Of a stretch of 64,000 bases of DNA, positions 25,216-38,600 are shown piece by piece. Under the pieces are notes generated by a model that worked only from the letters and a program-made list of their open reading frames with translations, did no database searches and had not been told where the DNA came from. A program made the translations under genes and the position numbers. Origin of the DNA: Hemiscyllium ocellatum (Eukaryota). The DNA lies in contig NC_083430.1 of assembly GCF_020745735.1 (NCBI RefSeq), forward strand, positions 40,414,909-40,478,908, written 5' to 3'. How positions within the stretch are numbered: position 1 is the stretch's first letter; every line of letters starts with the position of its first letter.

Positions 25216-26954
25216 GATTCTGGATCAATGGTGCTGGAAGAGCACAGCAGTTCAGGCAGCATCCAACGAGCAGTGAAATCGACGTTTCACGCAAAAGCCC
25301 TTCATCAGGAATAAAGGCAGTGAACCTGAAGCGTGGAAAGATAAGCTAGGGGAGAGTGGGGGTGGGGAGAGAGTAGAAAATAGAACAAATTTACCTGGAA
25401 CCAACACATTCCACCCTGACCTTAAATTTACCTGGACCATCTGACACCTCCCTCCCCTTCCTGGACCCCTCAATCTCCATTAATGATGATCGACTTGACA
25501 CTGACATTATTTACAAACCCACCGACTCCTATAGCTACCTGGATTACACCTCTTCCTACCCTACCTCTTGCAAAAATGCCATCCTGTATTCCCAATTCCT
25601 CCGCCTCTGCCGTATCTGTTCCCAGGAGGACCAGTTCCACCATAGAACACCAGATGGCCTCCTTTAGAGACCGCAATTTCCCTTCCCACGTGGTTAAAGA
25701 TGCCCTCCAATGCATCTTGTCCACATCCCGCAACTCTGCCCTCAGACCCCAACCGTAGCAAGGACAGAATGCCCCTGGTGCTCACCTTCCACCCTACAAA
25801 CCTTTTGTATAAACCAAATCATCTGCCGACATTTCCGCCACCTCCAAAAAGACCCCACCACCAGGGATATATTTCCCTCCCCACCCCTTTCCGCCTTCTG
25901 CAAAGACCGTTCCCTCCGTGACTACCTGGTCAGGTCCATGCCCCCCTACCACCCACCCTCCCATCCTGGTGCTTTCCCCTGCCACCGCAGGAACTGTAAA
26001 ACCTGTGCCCACACCACCTCCCTGACCTCTATCCAAGGCCCTAAAGGAGCCTTCCACATCCATCAAAGTTTTACCTGCACATCCACTAATATCATTTATT
26101 GTATTTGTTGCTCCCGATGCGGTCTCCTCTACATTGGGGAGACTGGGCGTCTAGTAGCAGAGCGCTTTAGGGAACATCTCCGAGACACCTGCACCAATCA
26201 ACTGCATCGCCCCGTGGCCCAACATTTCAACTCCACCCACCCTCCCACTTTGCTGAGGACAGAGAGGTTCTGGGCCTCCTTCACTGCCACTCCTTCACGA
26301 GCAGTCAGCACCTGAAAACAGACCTTAGTATTTAATGTGTCTAACATTTCTGCTGAACCTTTCTTCAGTTCTGAAAAAGATCATGTGTCTAAAACATGAA
26401 ACTGTCTTCCATTTTACAAATTCTGATGGACCTGCAATGAATTTTGTGTATTGCCCTCTTTAACCAGTCTGTTTCGGTAGTGCATTGTAATTGTCTTCAC
26501 CGCTGCTCCCTCACCACCAGACGCCTGGAGGAAGAATGCCTCATCTTCTGCCTCAGAACACTTCAACCCCAGGGCATAAATGTAGACTTCAACAGCTTCC
26601 TCATTTCCCCTTCCCCCACCTCACCCTAGTTTCAAACTTCCAGCTCAGCACTGTCCCCGTGGCTTGTCTGACCTGCCTAGCACCTTTTCCACCTATCCAC
26701 TCCACCCTCTCCTCCCTGACCTATCACCTTCATCTCCTCCCCCATTCACCCATTGTACTCTATGCTACTCTCTCCCCACCCCCACCCAGCTTATCTCTCC
26801 ACACTTTCAGGCTCACTGCCTTTATTCCTGATGAAGGGCTTTTGCCCAAAACGTCGATTTTGCTGCTCGTTGGATGCTGACTGAACTGCTGTGCTCTTCC
26901 AGCACCACTGATCCAGAATCTGGTTTCCAGTATCTGCAGTCATTGTTTTTACCT
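25216..26954 (+). mobile_element. 5'-truncated Penelope-like element with inverted 5' terminal repeat (family A)
   Basis: ORF 25710-26315 contains 'NIIYCICCSRCGLLYIGETGRLVAERFREH' (GIY-YIG). 25216-25385 is the inverted copy of the 3' end. 16-bp TSD ctgtata(g/a)taatcctg at 25200-25215 and 26955-26970. Confidence 0.92.
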
Positions 26955-28404
26955 CTGTATAATAATCCTGTTTGCACATTTTATTTTTCTTTACCAGTTA
27001 TTCTTTTGTAGTTGGGCATTAAACAACTAATTTTAATAGCAGCTTCAATGCAGCAGGTAATTCCAGGCTTCAGTGTGGGGATTAGTAATGGAAATTAAGA
27101 GGTACAATTGAGAAATGGCTGCAATTGTAATTTGAGTTATGATGGGGAGGATAAATGAAAGATTGTGTTGCGATTCAATAGCCTTGCTACTTCGTGAAAA
27201 ATGCATTGCATGTTATAATTGTTGTATTCTTATCTAAGTTGGGATGTAAAATTGAATGCAGTTGGTTGCACTTGCATGCTTATGACACAGTCATGGAGAA
27301 AACTGAAGGTTTTGAAATAAGTGTACTTCAAAATAGACTCATTTATCTGGCTCGTCTGCAGTTTTTGTATTGACTCTGATACACTTTTGCTATGTAGAAG
27401 GAGAGCTTTGCTTCAGAATGAAATGTCATCTTTATAAATAAGCTTGCACGTAATGCCAGCTAGACCAGGATAAGTTGGAGACCAAAAGTGCAACTTTGGG
27501 GCATGCTGGATGTGACCATTCTAGTATGAGGGGAGAACTGCAAAAGGAAATGTGCTTATATTTTGAGATGGGATTCAGTGAGATTCTCATTCTAACAATT
27601 GAACTCCTGCAGTGAAACCTGTGGCAAAACATTCACAAACACTGAATATATTCATAACATATCATATCATTGCCGATGTAGGTAAAGCTCCTAGTTTCAC
27701 TCAAACTCTACATATAAAAATACTTTAATGATCTTTAAGGAATCGCCTTTTGAAGAGCTCCTCCCACTAGCATTTGTCTTCACTGTAGTGGAAGGACCTG
27801 CACAAGCCAGTTTACAATGTGCCAGCTATCTGAATCATTTTGAAACCTAAAGCTGTTTAATGTGAAAATCTTCAGCAAAGAGGAAGTACTTTTTGAGAGG
27901 CTCATTCTCATATCTATGAGAGAGTTTGTGATTTGGTGCTAGTTATTTGAAAATTGGGAGAGGTAGAAAACATACTGTGCTGTTATTTTACTATGAATTT
28001 GTTTATGCCAAGTCACTATATTTTTAATAACTGTACCAATGATAGACTTATTGTCTTGTTCTGAAGTTACTTCCTAATCAACCTGTTCAGAGATATTATT
28101 ACATGCCTCTGGAGCAGATGGGACTTCAACCCATGTCTCTTTGTTCCAAGGTAGGGATACTAAACTGCACCACAAGAGACTTTTTCAGGGAGGTTTGATC
28201 AGAGGAAATCAAGCCATGAACCTCCCTGCACATGCAGGGTAGAGGGAGCCCCTATCACCTCCACAGACCAAAAATTCCAAGTTATTAGCAAAGTCAAATT
28301 TAGCCTGGTAACTGAACGTTGTCTCCTCTTCAAACCCATTTCTTCTCCTCTTCAGCCATGCAAGGTATGGCATTTTGTTCAAACAAAGGCAGGACTTAAG
28401 CAAT

Positions 28405-29385
28405 CAGTAGGGCCCTGGGTAGTGTTGTAGAACAGACCTTGGGTTTGGGTACATAATTCTTTGAAATTTGCATCACAGGAAGATGGTGGTTAAAAAGGTG
28501 TTTAGCATGTTTGCCTTTGTTGCTCACTCCTTTTGAGTATAGGAGTTGGGAAGTCATGTAGAGGTTGTACAGTATGTTAGTGAGGTCTGTTCTGGACTCT
28601 GGGGTTCTGGTTGCCCTGTTATAACAAAGGTATTATTAAACAGGCGGGGGCTCAAAAGATTTACCAGAATGTTGCTGAGTTTCCTATAGACTGGGACATT
28701 TTTCACTGGAGCATAGGAGGTTAAAGGGTGACCATGTAGAGGTTTATAAAATCACAATGGGCATAGATTGTGGTCTTTTCTCTCGGGTGGGGTGGTTCAA
28801 AACTAGTTGATATATTTAAGGCGAGAGGAGAAAGAATTAAAACATGAGGGGGAACTATTTTACATTGTAGCTAGCACAATCCTTATCAGAAATGCTTGGC
28901 ACCAGCTGGTTTTTGGAATTCAGAATAAGTGACAGTTTGAAATTTTTAAGTCTTACTGGAGGAGCATGACTCACTAAAGCAGGCCTTGAGAGAGAATCTA
29001 GGCCTGCTGATGCTGAACCACGCCTCCATGTCGCATCTGAGTGACTTGCATCGAGTGGGTGTCAACTTGGGTTAACTGTTTGCGCACACAACCTTATTAA
29101 TGAGAAAAACTTCACAAAAAAAACCTTCGGACTTTGGAGGTTTTCGGATTTGAAGATTTCTGATAAAGGATTGCCTACCTGTATGTGGAATGAACTGCCA
29201 GAGGAAGTGCTGGTCGTAGCTGCAGTTACTATGTTCAAAAGATATTTTTATAAGTACACAAATGGGAAGAGTCTGGAGGGATGTGGACCAAACACAGGCA
29301 GGTGGGGTTTGTTCAGTGTGCGAACATAGTTGGCGTGGGCTAGTTGGCCCAAAGAGTCCGTTTCTATGCTGTATGACTCTCATCA
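28405..29385 (+). mobile_element. CR1-like LINE 3' portion interrupted by a MITE
   Basis: Degenerate ORF2 C-terminus; tail ctatgctgtatgactct at ~29364-29380. Confidence 0.8.
28868..29181. mobile_element. Tigger/pogo-like MITE
   Basis: Imperfect TIRs (caatccttatcagaaat / atttctgataaaggattg); right end cctg followed by TA. Confidence 0.65.
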
Positions 29386-29576
29386 TTTTAGAAAACTAAT
29401 TTATCACTTTAGAAAATATAGTTTGTTTTAAGAGAATTGGGGGAATTGCCTTTAAGAGATCCTTTAACGATGATCTCCAGGTTCATGAGTTGTTTCCTTG
29501 GGCCGTGTCATATCTGTTAAGTCTTGAACTCTGCCTGTTCTTTTTTGTATTGCTAACTGACAAGCAGGTCAAAATG

Positions 29577-29898
29577 GTAAAAACAAGGGCTGCAGATGCT
29601 GGAAACCAGAGTCTAGATTAAGGTGGTGCTGGAAAAGCACAGCAGTTCAGGCAGCATCCGAGGAGCAGGAAAATCGACGTTTCGGGCAAAATCCCTTCAT
29701 CAGGAATATAGGCAGAGTGCCTGCATGGTGGAGAGATAATGAGAGGAGGGCCACCCCCACCCTCCTCTCATTTATCTCTCCACCCTGCAGGCACTCTGCC
29801 TCTATTCCTGATGAAGGCTTATGCCTGAAATGCTGATTTTTCCTGCTCCTCGGATGCTGCCTGAACTGCTGTGCTTTTCCTGCACTACTCTAATCTAG
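29577..29898. mobile_element. Penelope-derived fold-back element (family A)
   Basis: Arms of ~140 bp inverted about ~29750-29758; hammerhead motif on each strand; ggtcaaaatg duplicated at 29567-29576 and 29907-29916. Confidence 0.9.
29672..29707 (-). ncRNA. Minimal type I hammerhead ribozyme motif (Penelope-associated)
   Basis: Minus strand reads AUUC-CUGAUGA-A-GGG(AUUUUG)CCC-GAAA-CG-UC-GAUU. Catalytic core is intact and stem III is replaced by palindromic ACGU. Activity is not shown. Confidence 0.7.
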
Positions 29899-30100
29899 AA
29901 GCAGCTGGTCAAAATGTTAGCTCTACTCAATTGAGCTTGTTTGGTTAGTGTGACAGTGCTGAGTAAATTTGTTATTAATCTGAAATTTTAAATGAATAAT
30001 CAAATAGTTGGCTAACTTAGTGAGGTTTCACCATATTTGGTGCAAGATGTGACTTTGGCTTTATTGTGCATTCTAACTTCATTTTTGTGATTACTTTCAG

Positions 30101-30550
30101 ACTTGGAATTCTGCTGACATGATGCACTGAATCAATTACACAAGGCCTGGAAAAGATGAAGGATATTTGATTCTTCAACCTTTTCCCTTTCTACTTACTA
30201 CTGAACTGTTGATGTTTATTCCTTTCATGTTTTGGGGGCAAGGGAGCATTGGAGTGAAGATTTTTTTTGTTCAGAAATTACAAAGCTGCCAATACTTCAA
30301 GTGAGCTGGGTGAGAAAGTGGTACTAATCTAGTGATAGACCAGTACTAATATTTACTTCTCTTCCATTCACTGTTATTAAGCACTGGCATCGTTGTGATC
30401 CTTGTACTGTTGGAGACAAATGCAAAGCTGTAATCTTGACTATCTACAATTAATTGACTTTGTGGGAACCTCTCAGTGAATGTTGTTGCTTTTACAAATT
30501 TGGTTAGGTTAGTGTACTTGTCACTAATAAAATACCTTGCTAAACACCAG
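30101..30550 (+). other. Probable terminal 3'UTR exon of ZNF706-like (may extend further)
   Basis: Branch point TTCTAAC at 30071-30077 plus ttactttcag acceptor ending at 30100; matching donor TGG|GTGAGA at 24135; AATAAA at 30526 and 30920; region is largely TE-free to ~33.8 kb. Confidence 0.6.
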
Positions 30551-33500
30551 GCTGATCATCTACATTAGGGTATGTATCCATTTGGCCTGTGTTCAGCACC
30601 TTCTTTGTAGAAGGGTCATTGCAATATTAAAATTTGTTCCCTTGTTGCAGTTGTAACTTGAAAATTGATATCAAAACATGAAGATTTATAAAGATGACAA
30701 TGGGGTCTTTCTCTCAAAAGTGGATATTTCTAAGGATTGCAGAACAGTTTAAACTCATGACCACTTTTCTTAAGTGCTTGATTGCCTGAAAAATAAGTTT
30801 TTTTTAGCTGAGCTCCATATGTTTTCTATTGCAAGTCATACTGTGGCATCCCTATGAGTTTAAAATGCATTAATGTGGAGCAAACAGTTGAAGAGCCACT
30901 CTCTTGATGCATAAATGCTAATAAATGAATGTGTTGGAGCTTTGTTTTCTAACTGTTGCTTTGCAGCTTACAGTAACATCTGTAGCATTAACATCTTACA
31001 GCAAAGCTGGCATGTTGGTATGTGACATGTCAATTAACTCATCGTGGTTTTTTTGTCTAAAATTTTAGTTTGAAGGGGTTTTTCAGAAATAGTGAAACTG
31101 ATCCTTAAATTGAGTCTTTCCTATTTAAAATCACAATAGCTAAGATTGCGATAGCTTGTATATTCAACTAGTTCTGCTCCTAATCCTTTAGCTCTGTTTT
31201 TCTGTAGCAATCTTGCATAGTCATACACATACAGTATTGTGATTTATTGGAGCTCATTGTAATTTCTTTAATAAATATCAGAAGCACATTTTCTTGTAAA
31301 TGGAACGGCTCATTCGTTATTCTTAGTATTGAACTGAGACTAGTATTCCTGCCAATGTGATGTATTGTTTCCAGCAATGTGGCACTTGATTTTAATCTTG
31401 AATAACTTTTCTAGATTAAAGTGAACTTGTACTGTAAACCTCTTGGTGTGGTCTGACACGAAGTTTCTTGTACATTGGTTTGAATGGAAGTGGAATTATC
31501 TATATAAATGCGCAATGGACAAGTGAAAATGTTTGAGTGCAAGAAAGTAAATTTTAAATAAAAGTCATTTGTGTCTTAAGATATGCAGTTAAAGAATTCT
31601 AGATGGATCAAATAGTTCCTTTTGAGTCATGCATCAAAGAAATTGATTAAAAGAATCACTTTATTTGATTTAGCTTCTATTTAAAAACTTTTGAGGCATA
31701 TAAATTTAAACATTGCCATGTTTGGTGTAAAACTTCAACTGATTTGAGAAAATAGCACAGTCCATTCAGCAATTAATGTTTTGCTTCATTCCAATATACC
31801 TGTAACAATAGTAAAATTGCACTGTGCCCTTTTGGTTTGGACAACAATTTGTGCTTAAAAGGTTTCAACTATTGGATGCAGACGGAAAGATTCAGATATA
31901 AGTTAGTTGCGCAGGAAGGTAATGGGAAAAGAAATTCCAACTTCTGATTGGGAATAGTTTAAATGTTTACACTAGGTTCAGGAAGATGCTTGATTGGCTG
32001 TGGATCAGTTATGTATATCTGTCTATTTCCAGTATGTAAAGTTGGACAATGGAATCCCAACTGAAGTGAGATGGAGAACCTTGCCTTTGTATTGTAGGTT
32101 GGTGCGCAGAATATGCTCTTAAAATTTACAGTTGAACATCAGTTGGAATTTCAACAATTTGTGGCCACTGGTTCTTGTGATTGTGCTAATTGTTTCTGGC
32201 TTAAGCTACACAAGTTGTTTTTATCTCTTGAAATCCCTAGCATTTCATGAGCATGAATGGAAAGTGTTTGATAGAAATTTGACTGAGTTTTATCCCATGG
32301 CCTCTACCTATCTTAGAAAAATAGAAATTTAGTATCTATTGAGTGTTACAACAATTTCTGTACTGTTCTGTATTGAAATTTGGTCAGTTTTAATAATTTT
32401 TAGGGATTGCATTTCCCCTCAACTTGATTTTCATTTTTTAAAAGGTTTTGCCAAATTTTCTAATTACCAAATGTTTGCAGACTTGTTTTGCCTGTTTAAT
32501 TTGTCTCCTTTAGTATTTTTTCTTGTTTTTAAGTAGATGTTACAAAATGTCTCTGCAAACATGCACTTTATATCCTACAGCAACATGCCTTAATGCTTCA
32601 GTTGATGAAATTAGCTGTTCCTACTAAAGCACCTAATGCTACATTTGAGATGTAATTCATCCATGTAGCTGTATTTTTGGGTGGTAATTTAAGAGATTAA
32701 ATTGTGAAAAACAAGTTTGTGATCATGCTTCTCAAACATATGTTTATATTTTACGTTGAATTCTTAGTTTACTAGCTTCCTGAAATCTTAAGCCACAGTC
32801 TTTAAATTCAAATTTCATATCCAGTACAGTTGTAACATGTATTGCCAATAATGGTTTGCATTATAAAAGCTGTTTCCAATAATAGGAGTTCTTGCATTTG
32901 AGCTTTATTGACTATAGATGTGCAATGTTTTTTTTTCTTAAATACAGGATGTTGCATTTTGTAAACCATGTTTGTTTCTTGGCTTCCATTATCATTTTGC
33001 AAGGAGTACACTTGTACCAAGGAATACTACAGCATATAATTCTTACAAATTGAGCTTTCTGGTGGTGGGAACATTTTCCCTGAGTACTTCCAAAAGGATT
33101 GGATTTTTCTGTAGTTTGGCCACTGTTACACAATTGAAAAGACTTTGTAAAGTAAACCTCACCTAATGGAATTAGGCAGGAAACTCTCTTCCCTTATTAA
33201 CCTTAATTCCTGGATGTCCATAACACAACTGTTCAGGGTTTGGTAACTAGCTTCCATAAACTAACTTTATCAGCAACCTAATTGTAGCTATGTTATGCTG
33301 CTTATCCTTTTCCTCTGCCCTCTCTAATCTTGTACATTGGATTTAATTTTACCAATGGGAAGCATTAGCAATTCTGTGGAGGAAAAGAAAATGAATTTAT
33401 ACTTTGGATTAAAGTAGTATATAGTATTTCTTTATCCTCATTGAAGGTTTTATTTTCCCTAACTGGTGAGGACTTTGGGCATAAAATTCAAAACAGATCT

Positions 33501-34799
33501 TTGTATGAATTAAGCATAGAGCTTGAACTTTAAGCTGAATTTCTGGAGATGTGCTACAGAATAGGTATTAACATGCCCAGTGATTCCACATATGCTGTGC
33601 TGTCAGCTAAAATATCAGTAACAAATCTCTTTTTAAGAGTTTCAACATCTCTATAATGGGGCGAGTCTTCCAGAGCTGTTCTTTTTTTAAACAAAAATAC
33701 TCAAACCTATGCAAATGAAAATGGACTTCCAGAAGCAAAGTGTCTTCTGGTGACATCTTTGTCTTTGAATCTCTTCAAACAGGAAATTCATTGTCTGCAT
33801 TCTGCTCCTATGGCAGCTTTCCTGTAACAAAAATAAATTGAAGAAAATCAGGTGGGGCAGTATCTGAAGAGAAAGCAGAATTAACATTGAGTCCAGTGAC
33901 CTTTCAGAACTGCTTTCCTGTCTCTCTTCACCGTGATATGTTTGTCTTCAGTGCCCCGGTTCTGCAGAAAAGATTCTGCTTGTCTGAGATCAGTTAAGCA
34001 GAACATTAAAAGGCCAGCTGCCTGCAACTTGTGTTGGAAGCTGGCACTTTCAGTACAGTTTCAGTAGATCATGCAAGCCTATTGCTAGGCCATACAGGTA
34101 GAAAGTCATGGCCTATCTGAATTAAAGGGGACTGTTTGAAACATAACTATCTTGAAACCTTATTTGGAGAGCCCAGTGACTCTGTGCCTATCTATTATCT
34201 TTGATTTTGACCAGAATTGTATATGACTTAAACACTGATTTTTGCTGCAGGAAATTGGTGCTTGCATTCTGTCTGTCTCGTAATATTGAGTTCAGTAGTG
34301 ATTTATGGAGTTGATGCTATCATCTGGTAAATAGTTTAATGTCAAAAACGTTTAAACTGTTCCCAAAAGTGCAGATGAAAAATGGCTCCAGTAGATAAAT
34401 GAAAAACTAGTCTTAAGGCAGGTCTTTAAAGCTGGGGAGGTACAGAAATTAAATAGAACTGGGGTCTAGGCAACATCTGAGCCAATGATTTGTGTATGTC
34501 GAGGAATGTAGTGGTCTTAGCAATTTGTAGGAATATGAAAGGTTAAAAGGTTCAGAATTGAACTGACATTTCAATAGACTTGTAGCTGGAGTTGAAGACT
34601 AGCTTCCTGCACTGTCCCAAGCTTGAATGACCTTTTTAATACCCCCAAAAAATCTCTTGAATATATCCAATAATTTAGCATCCTTGGCTCTCCAATATTA
34701 GAAACATTTTAGATATTCACAAGCCTTTCAGTGAAAATAATTTCTCAACTCACTCCTCAACGTTTCACCTCATACTGAGCCTGGTCCCTAAAACTTAGC

Positions 34800-35007
34800 T
34801 TCAATTCCTCAGGGTATATAGGCCTATTCAAGGGGTTCGCGGGGCTTGTGCGCAATGTGTTGCTGCCTCGTCTCTGGAACGAGGAGAGGACTGAACAAAA
34901 AAAAACTCCAAGCCCCAGAGGAAAGGCATTTAATCGATTAACCAAATAACGATTATCTGAACGAAACAGTGCCTGCACATCACATTCAGATAATTGAGGT
35001 TCTTCTG
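34800..35007 (-). mobile_element. Truncated Tigger/pogo-like DNA transposon end inside a CR1 remnant
   Basis: Minus strand begins TA|CAGAAGAACCTCAATTATCTGAA (pogo-type TIR). The motif gattatctgaa recurs inverted at 34951-34961. Confidence 0.55.
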
Positions 35008-35516
35008 TATTTGTACCTTTTTTATTAATTCTCAAGTTTTGGGTACAAGCACACCCAGATCCCTCCAAATACCAATGTTTCTCAGTCTTGCCATATGAAA
35101 TTCAGCTTTTTATACTGATGGAAAATTTCACACTTGCCAAAGTAATGTTCCATTTAACATGCTTATGCATACACACTCAACCTGTCTAATCTCTGCAGTC
35201 TGTGTCCTACTTGTGTGAGAATAAGATGTATTGTCAGCAAACTGGGATAGTTATGTTCAGGTTCATCAACAAAGCTATTGAGATGGACTGTAAATAGCTG
35301 AAGTCCAAGCACTGGTTCCTGCCAACTTGAATAATTAGTTTAACCCTCTTTTGTGTCTATTAAACAATCCTCAGTCTAATATCCCCAAACCATAAAGTCT
35401 AATTGTGATAAACATTAATATGGGACTTTGCTTAGAAAATTTAAATATATTACATAGGAAAAAAAGTCAATCTGCCTGACTAGATAGAACCTTGAAGCAA
35501 ACTCCCTAACAGATTT

Positions 35517-35669
35517 ATGGAGAGAAATGAGTTCAGACTTCAGGTCCAGTGACCTTCAGAATGTTTTGGGTTAATTGATTTCACTCTGCAGATGCTGCCA
35601 ATCTTGCTGAGTTCTCCCAGTAATTTGTTTTTGTTTGCTTTCCAGCATCTGTAGTTTTTGGGTTTTAGT
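35517..35669. mobile_element. Old Penelope-like element with inversion (family D)
   Basis: gcagatgctgcca...tccagcatctgtag terminus; 14-bp TSD tccctaaca(g/a)attt at 35503-35516 and 35670-35683. Confidence 0.55.
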
Positions 35670-35689
35670 TCCCTAACAAATTTGTTAGG

Positions 35690-38600
35690 GATTGCAGGGA
35701 GGATGAGCAAACTGACCTTAGCGTTTTGATATATAGGGAGCCATTCAAGTAGGGGACTGAGGTAGGAATGCAGTTGAAGTAGGGGGCAGAATAGTTAGGG
35801 AGTTGGATACTGTTCTGTGTAGCCACGAATGGGAGACATGAAGTCTCTGGTTGTCTGGCGCCAAGATTAAAGACGTCTTGGGATGAAGAACTTGGAGGGA
35901 TAGAGATTAGTTAGTGCATGTTGATTCTAAAAACCAGAAAGGAAGATTTGCGCAGTCTAGGACCTAATTAAAAACCAGAACCTCGGGTGTGTGCGGACAA
36001 GGTTGGGAGAAGGGGAAATATAAGCTTATGAAGTAAGACGACTCAGCATTTCAGGGCAGCTATTTGGATAATGATACCCAGAATGGGACAGTGTTTACAA
36101 ACTTAAAAATACAGCAGTAAATCTTTTCAAATAGGAAGAAAGTTAAAAGGCAAAATTAATGGCTTTTACTGTGTAGTTTATGGAACAGAACAGACGAATT
36201 CACTGCATAAATACAGATTGAGTATGGTCTTGTACTGTCTCTAATGGCTATAAGATGATCAAAGCTGGAAATGAAATACTCTGGGACATGTCTTGCTGTG
36301 TTCTGGTGGGTGATATGACACCAAAATAGCAAGCAGGACAGAACACTGCTTCATTGGAGGCTCACTGATGTTACCTACATTCGTGACAGTGTCTAAGAAA
36401 TCTACCAGTTCAGTGAGCAAATGTACAACCTTAATTAGGATCGTCAAGTTGGCAGAGGAAACCATGAGGTGAATTCATGAATTTGTATTTAGGGACAGTT
36501 TCTTAGAACAATGTAGTGGATCCAACCAGGGATCAGATTCTTTCAAACCATGTGTAATAAACCAGCTTTAAATGATGTCAGGGTAAAAGATTCCCTTTGA
36601 GGGTGTTATAGCAATTAATATCAGGATGGGCAGCAAGAATGTCTTTGTATAAAAATGGAGAGAAGCCAAAGTGAATACAAGTTGCTCTGCTATAATGTGT
36701 TTTGTTAACTGCATTCCCTTCATTTATTCAACATTGGAATTTTCAGAAGACTTCTGATAGGTGTCACACATTAGACTGTGTAACAAGAGCACATGGTATT
36801 TGAGGTCATTTTTAGCATGGATAGAGGGACCATAACATGGTACAATTAAACATTCTGATCGAGAGGGAGAAACTTGGGTAGGCTATGTTTAGATAAGAGT
36901 AAGTGCTCAGGAATGAGGGCAGAGCTGGCGGAGTGGCTTGGGAAAAGAAATAGCATCAGAAATGGATGAGGAATAATGGCAAACTTTAAATAGGTCATGG
37001 CTCACAGCAAAGACCTATTCCAGTAAGAACGGAGGATTCATGGAAGGAATCAGGGAAGTTAAAGATTGTGTGTGTGTGTGTATGTTTTTATATAAGTTTA
37101 ATGTGACAAAGGTCAGTGGTAGGCCAGAGGGCTGGCAATGTTTTGAGAGAACAAAAGGCCATCAAGAAGGGAAAATAAACTAAGGGTGTTTATAGCAAGT
37201 AATATCAAGATGGGCAGCAAGACTCCATTTAAATATACAAAAATGGAGGGAAGCCAAAGTGAATACAGGTTGTTCTGGTATAATGTGTTTTGTTAACTGA
37301 ATTCACTAACTGAAAAATTAGGGACACAGTTTCTAAAGTGCAATCTTAAAATGTGTGTTGGCTGTAACACAATTGCATTGCCAACACTAAGGGCTATTTC
37401 TAAAGCATGGTTTTCTATACTATGGGGTTACATTAGAAAATTAGGCTGAAATAGCAGGGAACTAGGAAATGGTGGAAGACTTGAATAGTCATTTGTGTCT
37501 TCATTGTGGAAGAGACATAGCATTCCAAAATTGCTAAATATTCAAAAGGCAAAAGGAAGAGCAGAATTCAATATATAGTTAAACTAGGGAAAAAAGTGCT
37601 AGAGAAGTTAATGGGAAGGAAGACCAAAATGACTTCAGTTCCTAATAGGGTGCATCATAGGATATTCAAGGAAGTAGCTACAGAGATAATGGATGCATTA
37701 GGAGTAAGAAGTCCAGAAATCTTTGGATTCTGAAAAAGTCCCTGAAGATTGGCAGTTTTCCAATGTCTACTTTATCTTCCCTTTTTTTTAAAGACCCAGT
37801 AACTATAGGCCAGCAATTGTAACTTATTGGGGAAATGTTAGTCTATTAAAATGTTTTAATTGTTCTTGATCATATGCATTTCTAAACTCAGTATGTTTTC
37901 AGAAAGGGGAGAATTGTGCCAGACAAATTTACTAGATGCTGTTTTGAGCCAACAAACAGCATAGGTGAAGGGAAGGGAATGTAATGTTGGGATTTTCAGA
38001 GTTCTGATGGGAGCCACACATTAGACTGCATAATAAGAACCCATGGTATTTGAGCTAGTATATTAGCATGGATAGAGGATTGGCTAACGAGTGGACAGTT
38101 GAGATAAGGGGAAATTTTCAGGTTGGCAACCTGTAACTAGAGTTGCACTGATCAATGCTGGGACCACTATTTTAAATGTATATAACTAAATTAGATGAGG
38201 CAAGTGAACGTACTATATCTAAGTTTGTAAATACAAAAATAGATGGGAAGGCAGGTTGAGGATAGCACAAAGACTGCAGAGAGATATAATAGATTAAGCC
38301 GATGGGCAAAAACTTGGCCAATGGAATACAATTTGGAGAAAAGAGATTATGCACTTTGCAACGAAGAGTAGAGAAGCTGGACATCATTTTAAATGGAGGG
38401 GACAAAAATACTGGAGAAAGATTTGAAGTTCTCATCTATGAATCTCAAAATACTAGCATCCAAGTTCAGATAGTAGAGAAGACCAATAGAATGTTGGCCT
38501 TGATTTCAAAGTATAAAAGTAGGAAGGTTTTGCTAAAACTGCACCTGGTAGACCACATCTAGAATACTGAACTGTTTTGGGCCCCTTACCTAAAGGATGA

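Noticed and set aside
34810-34900. TATA-driven small ncRNA with a hairpin
   Set aside because: No match to an RNA family I recognise. It is better explained as the interior of the Tigger-like fragment.
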